DNA of 64,000 nucleotides from Octopus vulgaris (Eukaryota), in assembly GCA_951406725.2 (NCBI GenBank), contig OX597819.1, positions 31,372,001-31,436,000 on the forward strand, written 5' to 3'. A program made the position numbers and the translations under genes. Below the pieces are notes generated by a model that was not told where the DNA came from, searched no databases, and was given only the letters and a program-made list of their open reading frames with translations. Positions 1-10,642 of the stretch are shown here, piece by piece (positions within the stretch are counted from its first letter, which is position 1; every line of letters begins with the position of its first letter).

Positions 1-176
1 GATGAGATAACACATAAGAATTTTAAAAAATGAGAATATGCATTACATTTGACAAAGTAATCTGAATGCTAAAGGGTTAAGGTTACTTTTGTACATGTAT
101 CTATTGACTCCCTGATAGAAAGACTATCTTCAAGTATATGTTAAATCAAGTACTTATCTAATGCATTCACTATTAA

Positions 177-396
177 CCCTTTAGCTTTCAGATTATTCTG
201 TAAAATGTAAAGCTTATGTATTCACACCATGTAAAATTAATCTTGCATCATTTCATGGCTTTGAGATTTCAATGATGTGATTGCTTATTTTTAAAATGAC
301 ACAATAAGATAGCTATGAATGACCATATCTGACTAGTTTGAACATAAAATAGGTAGAATATTTTGGCCGGATATGACCGGTTTAAACACTAAAGGG
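177..396. mobile_element. piggyBac-like MITE family 1 (also 1-76 partial, ~36950-37136, 38961-39169; interrupted copies ~27820-28440, 49633-50341, 53535-54127)
   Basis: TTAA|CCCTTTAG ... CTAAAGGG|TTAA termini with TTAA target duplication. Confidence 0.75.
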
Positions 397-520
397 TTAA
401 AACCCAAACTGCTAGGAAACTGCCAATCTTCCTCCAACGACACCATAAATGAAACACAGACTGGTCATAAAAGTTTTCCCACCAAGTAACATTAAGTGGT
501 CTCCAGGATGAAATACTCAC

Positions 521-697
521 CTAATTAATGTATTGACTTTTTCAGCATCAATGTCATACAATTTTTTCACAGCCTGATTGATTTGATGTTTGTTAGCTCT
601 CTTGTCAACAATAAATACCAATGTGTTATTGTCTTCAATCTTTTTCATAGCAGATTCTGTTGTCAAAGGATATTTTACAATCCTAAATTGATCAAAT
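521..697 (-). CDS. RPL23A: RPL23A coding exon 3 ([31 protein letters not shown]...KVNTLIR); gene continues beyond the left edge
   Basis: CCTTTCAG acceptor, GTGAGT donor at 520; near-invariant uL23 core [22 protein letters not shown]; the C-terminal PDGxKKAYV segment is not in the window. Confidence 0.96.
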
Positions 698-1085
698 CTG
701 AAAGGCAAAAAAGTTAAATTGATACATAAAAATGACCAGATACCAACACAAGTAGAACTACTTCAATGGACTACATTTAACCAATAGCTGCTAAATAATT
801 GACCTACAATTTGCTAGACAAACTCTGGTAAGTTTCTGCTCAATAACAGACTTCTTTTAGATTACTTACATCACACACCAAACTCCTTACAAGTATTAGA
901 AATAAACTTTGTATCACTTCATACCATTCCTGACACTGGAATGTCTCACAAGAAATACAGTAACATGAAATCATTTTAGAGTGAATTTGCAATGCATGTT
1001 AATATAACATACATTCCATCTACATCCTTTCCACTAAAAAAATTAAAACTTCCATTATAAAAAAAAAGAAGCATTTATCACTTAC

Positions 1086-1374
1086 TTATCTTCACGTGTG
1101 CCAGTGCTTTTCCTGGGATATTTCGGGTCCCTCGGCAATCGAAGAGTACGTGGTCTCCTGAACTTCACACTTGTGTGTATCTTCTTGGTTTTCCTGGGAT
1201 GAATACCTTTTAAGACCGCTCTCTTTGCTTGAAGTCCCTTAACAATAGCTTTCTTTGCTTGAATACCTTTCAAAACGGCCTTCTTTGCCTTCACAGCCTT
1301 TGACCTGGCTTTGCTAATAGCGGTAGGCCGTCTACGGACGCGTGGTTCTCTTTTCTTTTCTGGTTTTTTGGTAG
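1086..1374 (-). CDS. RPL23A: RPL23A coding exon 2 (basic N-terminal region ...KAKKAVLKG...[27 protein letters not shown])
   Basis: TTTTGCAG acceptor at 1376-1375, GTAAGT donor at 1085; translation matches L23a motifs KAKKAVLKG and FRRPxTLRLxRxPKYPRKS. Confidence 0.93.
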
Positions 1375-1625
1375 CTGCAAAACAAAAATGTAACTGTTTT
1401 AGACTCCTCCATTATACAAATTTACGGGTTACTATGACTGCAAGTGAAAGCTTTCGGATAGCTCACTCGAATCCCTATACCTATCAAAGCCGACCATGGG
1501 TAGTATCCTTCTCAGCTCAGCTGGAGCAGCGTCTCTGTAGCTAAACAGACCTAAACGTCAGTGATAGTCTCCGTCACATAGATCACATTTGTATACGATC
1601 TGAGTTGTTGAAGTTACTGCGCTCG

Positions 1626-1915
1626 ATCCTGAATCAAGCAGGCCTTCCCAGCATATTCACCCTGCTTCGACAACGGACACGACCACCGCATCTCTAAGGA
1701 AATTTTCTATGGGAAGCTGGCATCTGGAAGAGCCACCGGTCGTCCTCGGCTTCATACGAGGATGTTGTAAAATGAGATTTGAAGGCCTTTATCAATGTAG
1801 AGTCCTGGGAAAGCCAAGCAGCTGACTAGCCAACATGGGGGAGCACCCTGGATGAACACCTCAATTTAGGGTAAAAGAGGTTAATGAGCATAGCAGCAGA
1901 CAAGAGAGCCCATAC
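1626..1915 (+). mobile_element. Degenerate RTE-clade LINE 3' ORF fragment in RPL23A intron 1
   Basis: Translates (with stops and frameshift) ILNQAGLPSIFTLLRQR...ISKEIFYGKLASG..TGRPRL.YEDVVK*DLKA..NVESWE. Confidence 0.75.
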
Positions 1916-2868
1916 CTAGTGGGGAAAGAAATGGGATACAGAAATGACGAGTAAGAATCGAAACACCTGTGTGGGGAAAAAAAACCCGATCTACCCTTTC
2001 CACGAAGAATAGCTATTCCGAAACTCTACCCTTTTAAAAAAATCAACCTTGTATATGCATATAAACGAAAAGAATCTTGTCAAAGTGAATACAGTTAAGT
2101 GGTCAGGAGTCGATGAATTAAATGATGTCCGCATCGTCCAATTAACCTTGTTTCGCTTTTGCTAGGAACGATTATGCGGGATAAAAATTGGGACTGACAC
2201 CGCGTAAGCAAAACTGACCGGTCGGGGATGCCCTGGCGCCAAACACTCACTTTATTTGCATATTTTCAACGCATGCGTAATAACCAACCGGAACGTCAAG
2301 TACTTTTTCGGGTAACGGAGTATGAGATACCAATTCAACACAAATCGGAAAATCACAATTATACTTTAGAAACTATGTTGGACCCAGTATAGTATCGAAC
2401 TTGATCATCCGCCTGACGCCGGGGAAACAAAAGCTACATATTATTAACGATGAATTAAATATGCCACGTGTAAAAAATGTACATGCAACTAAAATTATCT
2501 CGATCAGAGTAATAGATAAGTGCTCCAACATGGTAGTTGGCCAATGAATTGTTGACAATTTAAAATATAATGTAAATGAGAGCATGCGCTTTTTTCCCGT
2601 CTTATTCCGTCAATATACGATGCCTTACAACTGTTACACATTTTCGTTTCCATTTTTCCCACCGGGTGCGGATCTAGATATTAACCGGACCCAGTATAGT
2701 ATCGAACTTGATCATGTGCTCCAACATGGTAGTTGGCCAATGAATTGTTGACAATTTAAAATATAATGTAAATGAGAGCATGATCTTTAAAATTTAACCT
2801 TTTTGAATACCAGAAATTCCAGTACTTAATTAACGTTACGTTAAAACAAGGAATTAGTAATTAAAAAC

Positions 2869-3064
2869 GGTACTACTTAAGAAGAGCGGTCCCGGTGCGC
2901 GCACTCGCGCAAGTTAGTCGTGACTAGTCGATCCCACGACTACCTAGCAAAGTAAATAAAACACAAAAACACTAAGTAAATAATTCTTTAAAACAGAGGA
3001 TTGACTAGTCACGAGTAGCTTGCGCGAGTAAGCGCACTTGGGACCACTCTTCCAAAGTAGTACC
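2869..3064. mobile_element. Fold-back/MITE-like element with ~66-bp imperfect inverted arms
   Basis: 2869-2934 is the reverse complement (roughly 80%) of 2998-3064; termini GGTACTACTT / AAGTAGTACC. Confidence 0.7.
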
Positions 3065-3755
3065 ATTAAAACACTGGGTAAATAAATAAGCTCGTTCATA
3101 TTAAAACGGTAAGGAGAGAAAAAAAATCGGCGAAAGTAAAGAATACAGACATCCAGTATTTAAGGGTTAGGGTATTTTTGTTACGCCGAAAACGAGTGGT
3201 GTACGTATTCTTTACCTCCGCCTAAAACTCATATATTGAAATAACACTGAATTATTAACAAAGAATAAAAAAAGCTAATTAAAAATACATTACCACCGAA
3301 AATAAAAAGTTAAAGGATTACGGTAATATATCCCTTGGAATTTGAATTTTTAGAAACATACCAATTTATCACCGATTCTCACCATTTCATGATTGAATCG
3401 TGTCGTTATTGCAATAAACAAGCTTTCTATTACAGCAAATTCCCCCTCACATTTAATTTAGATTATATTATTTAAAAGAATCTAGTTAATCGTTTTAAAC
3501 ATTTAAGATATTTATAGTGCAAAATTTAAAATACTGGGTTTAGATCGGCAGTTTTAGCCTTTACTTTTGTAAAACTAAAAAAAAACGTAGCTCGTCCGAC
3601 CATGTGGTTTAAACCGCAGCATGGTGCTATCATTAAGGTAATTTAACTAACGTAATGGGTGATTTAGACATACATACAATAACAATACTCATAGTTGAGA
3701 AGGTTTAGAGGAAAATAAGAAAGAAATTGGTGTGAAAATGAAAGGTAAAACTAAC

Positions 3756-3810
3756 TTTTAGAGGAAGATTTTCCTCCTTTGCTCGATGAAACCTTCTTCT
3801 TGGGAGCCAT
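3756..3810 (-). CDS. RPL23A: 60S ribosomal protein L23a (uL23), coding exon 1 (MAPKKKVSSSKGGKSSSK)
   Basis: ATG at 3810-3808 in CAAGATGGC context; MAPK start as in metazoan L23a; GTTAGT donor at 3755; 55 nt, phase 1, joins exon 2 in frame. Confidence 0.8.
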
Positions 3811-3960
3811 CTTGGTGTAAGAGACAGATTAGTGAAATCGGGGTTGACACGTAAAAGAACACGGAGTACCGTGTCATGAGAAATATTTCCGCTTCCGTGT
3901 CAAAGGTCAGGGGTCGTAGAGAAAATTGAGGTCAGCTCGTTGCGAAGCGATACACACACA
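3806..3960. promoter_or_regulatory. Putative bidirectional promoter shared by RPL23A and the Rab34-like gene
   Basis: Locally CpG-rich; pyrimidine tract TCTGTCTCTTAC just upstream of the RPL23A ATG (TCT/TOP-like); YY1-like AAGATGGC over the ATG; tandem ETS/GABP-like TTCCGCTTCCG at 3887-3897. Confidence 0.55.
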
Positions 3961-4020
3961 TCACAAGTCGGGTGGAATCTGTTAACACTGTAGAAAGAAG
4001 TTAACAAGTTTAAATTACAA
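3900..4020 (+). other. Putative non-coding first exon of the Rab34-like gene (start approximate)
   Basis: Strong CAA|GTAAGT donor at 4021 next to the promoter; the first coding exon has its own acceptor at 17768, so an upstream UTR exon is required. Confidence 0.45.
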
Positions 4021-5224
4021 GTAAGTTTTTCGATTGGAATCTATGCTGTCTACGCTGTTGTAAGTTTAATTTTATCTCTCATTTTCACTCTAGATTCAAT
4101 GATGTAATTTGATTTTTAACTGTATGAATTATTTGTTGTGATGATGCCCGACTCGTTTCTAACCATCATCAACTTTACATTCTCCGATTACAGGATCTTA
4201 CCCGGATATTTTCAGAAGTGACTGATTTGGACAGCTCGTTTCTTTTATAGTACCTACTAGTATTTTTCTTGTCAATTATGAAATATCGTTCATTATCGTC
4301 GTTTTCACCATAATCATCATTCACCGCCGCCGTCGTGATGGTGGTGGTGGTGGTCATCATCATCATCATCATCATCATCAACATCATCATCCTCACCACC
4401 ATCATCGTTGTCGTTGTTGTCATTGTCATCATCAACTCATTCCTCTGGGGGTTGATAAAATACAGTTCATCTTTCAGGGTGGTTCTGTCTCCCTCAGGAA
4501 GAAATCGGCTATGGTCGCATCTGGAGAGGGATAGGTCTGGCAAGTTATAAAAGAAAAATACTCAAGACACGCCTTATATTACGATGGCATCCCCACAACT
4601 TCAGTAATTGAGGGCCTAAAGCCTAATTAAAATTAAGGTCCAGTCAAGTACTGGAATCGATTTAATTATTTCTGTAAAGCATCTTAGAGATGAATGGAAT
4701 TATAATATAAGACTAAGAACTTTATCATCAGTAACCCACCTCCTAAATTTGTGCATCTTGTCAAAAAATTTGTTCTTAAAAAAATTACTTAAGATAAAGT
4801 GATTTGACATTTTTTTGCGGGCAGTCCTTTCAGTTTGAAGAAATTTATTTTGGTAATTTGTTTCTGATCAATTAAAAAAAGTACTTTCAGAAAAATGATA
4901 TTGTTTATATCTAATTATACTCAACGTCGCTGTATTCATCATCCACTCCCCCGTCATCACTACCATCACGGCCACCATAATCATCATCATCATCATCATT
5001 GTCTTTGTGATGATGTGTTGGGACAGGTTTATGAATAAATAATGCAGCACTATCTACCCGCACATCTTAATCCCCCAATGCTAGCATCCCTATTCTGTCC
5101 AGTGCACGATGTAGAACTTACCTCAATGACGCATTTTATGGCGTTTTTCAACGACACTGCAGTGTTCTTGAAAATTATCGGAAACTTCCAAGAAGTAGAA
5201 AAGTTTAATATGTAGACAAACACA

Positions 5225-5560
5225 CATTTGAAAGAGAGAGAGAGATTATCATATACGTATGGAAAATCCTGGAGGGGCTTGTTCCAAACTTCGGCCTTAT
5301 ATAGAATTAATGCACGAACTGATACAATACCCTATTGTATCAGTTAGATATTTAGACGTCCTCAGTTGTTCAACTGCTTACCTAAAGAAATCAGAAATAT
5401 AAAAGGGACGGACCTTAACTGAAGCATTAAAAAAAGCAAAAAAAAAAAAAAAACCTTAAATTCCTAACGACGATACCGGACCAGCCAATCATTCAAAGAT
5501 ACACTCAAGGAAGATCAGCTGTTGCAATCTCAATCACAGACCAGCTTCCAGCCACAAAGC
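5225..5560 (+). mobile_element. Degenerate CR1/L2-group LINE 3' fragment
   Basis: IIYVWKILEGLVPNFG...QLFNCLPKEIRN...FLTTIPDQP, typical RT C-terminal tail. Confidence 0.6.
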
Positions 5561-6566
5561 AACAACAAACCTGAATGACAATAAATTAAGGTAGTGCACC
5601 AGCATGACAGCAGTCCTATGACTTAAACCACTAACAAGAAAAAAAAAAAAAAAAAAAAAAAAGGGTTAAAAGAATGAAGTTTTGCTTTTAAACACGTTAA
5701 AAATATGACTGAATTCAATTTTTACATTTATTATATACTTATATAACTTTCTAGTAAATTTCTTTTACGTAGCTTGATTAGCAACACTTTTCTTCTATTA
5801 TAATTCTATTCGCGTCTCTGATGTGCGCCTTTTGACCTCAACTTCCTAGTTTTCCTATTAGGAGGGGTTGTACTACTCATTTTGGACGTCTAACATTACC
5901 CCTATAATTTTCAAATTTATTGCCGAAAATTGTAAGGAATGGATATCAAAGCAACTTGTTTGCGCACATCTCCCTCCCACGGCTTTCTCCATCGTTTCAG
6001 TCACCTTTTACTATTTATTCCTTCACAATAAGTCTCCTAAACATTCCCCTCCTAAACATTTTTGTCCTTAGTATTTCTCTCTATCTTTCCTGTCACATGT
6101 CGTTTGTCTTATTCTCCTCGTCTTCTCCTTCTCCTTCACATCCACCCTGTTTCTTCCATTTCTTCCTATTTCTCCTCCTCCTCCTTTCGGTCTCCCGTTT
6201 CTTTCTTACATTCCCTTCTCTTTTCTTTTCATTTTCTTAGTCTTTTCCCATCTCTCTCTCTTACTCTCTGTTGTACTTCCTCCTTAGTTTCTTCTATTTC
6301 TCCTTCACCTCAAATGTCCATCACGTTCCTCTCTTCCCCGTCTACATCACCATCTATTTCTGTCCATGTTTAATTTCCTTCTCCGCCCATCTTAAATTCC
6401 TCCCTCAAATAATTTTCACATTTATAAAGACGTGTGACATAGTTCATTACTGAAATCTTTTATGATTAGGAAATACTTATTAATTACTAATGTCTGTCCT
6501 GTGGTATTTCTTTTGACCCTTTTCTGAGATCAAAGTCTGCTGCAGTCAACTTAGCCTTTCATCCTT

Positions 6567-6618
<52 letters not shown>

Positions 6619-7128
6619 CCATCATCATCATCACCATCATCATCACCATCACCACCATCACCACCACCCTCCTCCTCCTTTAACGCCCGTTTTCCATGCA
6701 GGCATGGGTTTGATGGTTTAACCAGAGCTGGCAAGCTGGAGAGCTGCACCAAGTTCTTGTCTGATTTGGCTTGGTTTCTATGGGTGGATGCCCTTCCTAA
6801 TGCCAACCACTTTACAGTGTGCTGGGTGCTTTTAACATGTCACTAGCATGAGTGCTTTTATGTGCTACCAGCATGAATGCTTTTTATGTGGCACTGGACT
6901 CTTGCAAGCCAGTCTTCTTCACCAGGGGATGCAGCCTTAACACTTCTGCTGTGGAGGACAGGTCTTCTTGAGTACAACAAGGTGCCAGGTATCTTGTTCC
7001 TTTGTCATCTCATCTGAAGTACCAGTTAAATACTGGAGTTGATGGTCTCAACTTATCCCCCTCCCCTCAAATTGTTGGCCTTGGGCTTTAATCAGAAATC
7101 ATTATAAAAGTGGCAAGTTGGCAGAATT

Positions 7129-7528
7129 CTCTTTCTCTTTTACTCTTTTACTTGTTTCAGTCATTTGACTGCGGCCATGCTGGAGCACCGCCTTTAGTCG
7201 AGCAAATCGACCCCGGAACTTATTCTTTGTAAGCCCAGTACTTATTCTATCGGTCTCTTTTGCCGAACCGCTAAGTGACGGGGACGTAAACACACCAGCA
7301 TCGGTTGTCAAGCAATGCTAGGGAGACAAACACAGACACATACATATATATATATACATATATACGACAGGCTTCTTTCAGTTTCCGTCTACCAAATCCA
7401 CTCACAAGGCATTGGTCGGCCCGGGACTATAGCAGAAGACACTTGCCCAAGATGCCACGCAGTGGGACTGAACCCGGAACCATGTGGCTGGTTAGCAAGC
7501 TACTTACCACACAGCCACTCCTGCGCCT
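7129..7528 (-). mobile_element. tRNA-derived SINE family A (~400 bp, internal TA/CA microsatellite, (AAAGAGT)n tail)
   Basis: A/B-box head GGCGCAGGAGTGGCTGTGTGGTAAG...GGTTCAGTCCC; near-identical copies 27906-28315(-), 28566-28960(+), 37690-38108(-), 38326-38738(-), 44246-44660(+), 57086-57477(+), partial 27535-27760. Confidence 0.85.
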
Positions 7529-8393
7529 ATGAGCATCTGAAAAAAAAATATCTTTCAGTGTTTCTTCTGGCTCTTTTGGGTTCAATTCCTGCCAAAATCA
7601 GTTGTAATTTATCATTTTAGGGTTGATAAAATAACGTACTTGTCAAGTACTGGGGTGGGTGGGGTGGGGTGTCTTTCCTAAAATCAACTGTGCCTAAATC
7701 AGAAACTATTAAAAGGGGGCAAGCTGGCTGAATTGTTAGAGAGTTGGATGAGATGCTTAGCAACATTTGTTCAAACTCATTGCATTCTGGTTCAAATCCT
7801 GCTGAGGTTAATTTTGCAGTTCATCCTTTATAGGATCAATAGAATAAAGTACTAGTGAAGTGCTGGTGGCGTTGACTGAACCCTCTTGTCCTCAAAATTC
7901 CTGGCTTTGTGCCTATATCAGAAATTATCATTATTATTATTATTAGACTTCTTTTTTTATCATTTCTTTGTATGTAAACCCCAACACTTTATGTTGGTAC
8001 CCTCATCCTTCACCCTGGTGACAGGTAGAAATGCCAGGCAAAATACTTAGCAGCATTTTGTCCATCCTTATGTTCTGAGTTCAAATTCCGCCAAGGTTGA
8101 CTTTGTCAATAAAATAAGTACCAATTGGTCTCCCCTGAAATTGCTGGCCTTGTGACAAAATTTGAAACCATTATTATTCATATTTATATTCATATACACA
8201 TAACAGATTAGACTGTTGGAAAAGAAAAATTCCTAACATGGAGCTAGAACAAGCAACCTTAGATGCCAAGAACCCTCCTAAGTATTGTAGCTGTCCCTAA
8301 TAATAGCTAATAAGTACCAGTTAATTACTGGGATCGATGTATTTGACTTAGCCACTTCCCTGAAATCTCTGGCTTTGTGCTAAAATTTGAAAC

Positions 8394-8440
<47 letters not shown>

Positions 8441-8444
<4 letters not shown>

Positions 8445-8810
8445 CTCCACCTCAGTGAAGGCGGAAGTATTGTTTTCAGTTGTGTTTGTTTGTTTGTCCG
8501 TGGGCAAGATATCTCAAGAACTACTAGATGTGTTTGGATGAAACTTTCAGGGATATTTGGCCTCATGACTAGCATGAATTGATTAGATTTTGAGATCGAT
8601 CTGGTACCTGACAAGGATTCTGGATTATTTTTTCCTGTTTTTTTTTTACTTAATTTTTGAGAGCAGTTGGGTTCATTTTTAGTATTCTTGTTTGTGAGAG
8701 AAGTTGAGTTTATTTCAGATATTCTTATTTTAAAAGTCACCTTTGGCTGATTGTTGAGAGAACATTGGTGTTACCTTGGCGGAGGTTTGCACTCTCTGAG
8801 TGCTCTTGTT
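8441..8810 (+). mobile_element. Helentron-associated non-autonomous element (HINE/DINE-1-like)
   Basis: Subterminal inverted repeat CTCCACC / GGCGGAG, internal (GTTT)n microsatellite, 3' stem-loop GCACTCTCTGAGTGC, T-rich insertion site. Confidence 0.55.
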
Positions 8811-9659
8811 ATTATTAAGGTGGCGAGCTGGGAGAATGGTCAGCACGGTGGGCAAAAAACCTAATGGCATTTCATCTGTCTTTACATTCTGAGTTCAAAT
8901 TTTACCTAGGTTGACTTTGCTTTCCATTGTGTCAGGGTTGATAAATTAAGTACCAGTGAATCATTGGGGTTGATGTATTAGACCACTCCCCTACCCCCAA
9001 ATTTCAGACCTTGTTCCTTTAGTATTATTAATTTTATTATCATTTTGTAGTAGCAGTAATAGTAGTAGTAATTGGTGAGCTGGCAGAGTTGTTAGTATGT
9101 TGGAAACAATATCTTGTAGTATTTCTTCTGGTTCCTTACATCCTGAGTTCAAAATTCACTGAAGCTGCAGTTGCCTTTCATCTGAACAGAGTCAGTATAA
9201 TAAAAGTACCAGTCCAATACTGGGGTTGATGTAATGAACTCTGTCCCCCCCCCCCCCATTGCCCTAAAAATTGCTGACCATGAGCCAAAATCAGAAACCA
9301 TTTTCAGTCAGCCTGTTGATTTGTTAGAGCACCACCAGAAAAAAAAAAAAAGCCTTACAATTTCTGTTCCATCACTTTAAATTCTGAGATCAAAGATAAA
9401 GGGTCAATTGTGCCTTTCACTTTTTCAAGGTAAATAAAATCAAGCACCAGTTAAGAACCAGGTCAGTGTAATCAACTAATCTCTGCCCTTCAAAATTACT
9501 AGCTTGAAGCTTAGATAGAAACCATTTAAGGTGATCAGCTCGTAGGACTGTTTAGAGTGTTGGTAAAAACGCTTCATGGAATTTTTTCTTGTTCTTTACC
9601 TTCTGAGTTCAAATCCTGCCAGTCCTATGGGTTGCAGTTTGCTCATGATTGATCTAAAC

Positions 9660-9983
9660 CAGGGGTACTCAACCATTTTTTTTATATATGGACCCCTTTG
9701 ATTACTATTTTATTCTGGTGAACCCCCATAGCCATTTGATGTTTAAAAACTAGTTTTATAGATAATTCTTTCAAAATTCCTATTTTGTTATTCACCCTTA
9801 CATTTACAAAATGTAAAATATTGAACTATGTATAATGTTGGAGAAAGAAACATACCAATACATACATCTAAAGCAAATTTTTTTTCAAGGGGCCCTCAAA
9901 ATACTATTGTGGTTCTCCAATTTACTAGTTTGTTATGTGGACCTCCCCACAAATTTTATATAGACCCCAGTTGAGGACCACTG
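9660..9983. mobile_element. hAT-like MITE (related copies 20536-20889 and partial ~57485-57725)
   Basis: CAGGGGTACTCAAC ... GTTGAGGACCACTG termini; 8-bp TSD ATCTAAAC/ATCTAGAC. Confidence 0.7.
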
Positions 9984-10571
9984 ATCTAGACATTAGGTTA
10001 AGTGAAAGAAAAATTCCTCTAGACTTTTGTCTTTTACTTGTTACCTGTCAGTATAAGAAAATGTAAAGTTAGTAGAATTATGGCTATAAGGTGTATATTC
10101 CTCTTTAGTTCACCCAAATCCTAACCTGAATTCAGCAAGATTACATGTCAGAATACTCTCTAATAAGTGACATTACCTTAGGCAATTGTGGTAGTTTCAT
10201 CAACTGGCTCTGACAGCACCATAGCCCTTAGCTTAATAATAATAATAATAATAATAATGATGATAATGATAATAATAATGGTTGACCAGACCATCGTTAT
10301 TTCTCTACCAAACTGTCACAGGTTAAATTATATGTTTCATTGTTGATCATGTGTCCTAGTTTCAGCTATTTCTTTTGCCATCACAAAACTCTGCGGTATG
10401 TGTCTTTATGACAGAGTATTTGCTGTTAAAGTGACTCATATATATATATATATATATATACTTGGAAATGGATGCGTGGCATTCGATCATATAATAATAT
10501 AAATAATATATAAATATATGCATGTACACATACATATATGTATGTATATATTCATATATTTATATGCTATT

Positions 10572-10642
<71 letters not shown>

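Noticed and set aside
698-3755. Intronic C/D snoRNAs (human RPL23A hosts SNORD42/SNORD4)
   Set aside because: No convincing RTGATGA...CTGA pair with a terminal stem or recognisable guide on the minus strand; a snoscan/Infernal search is needed to exclude divergent ones.
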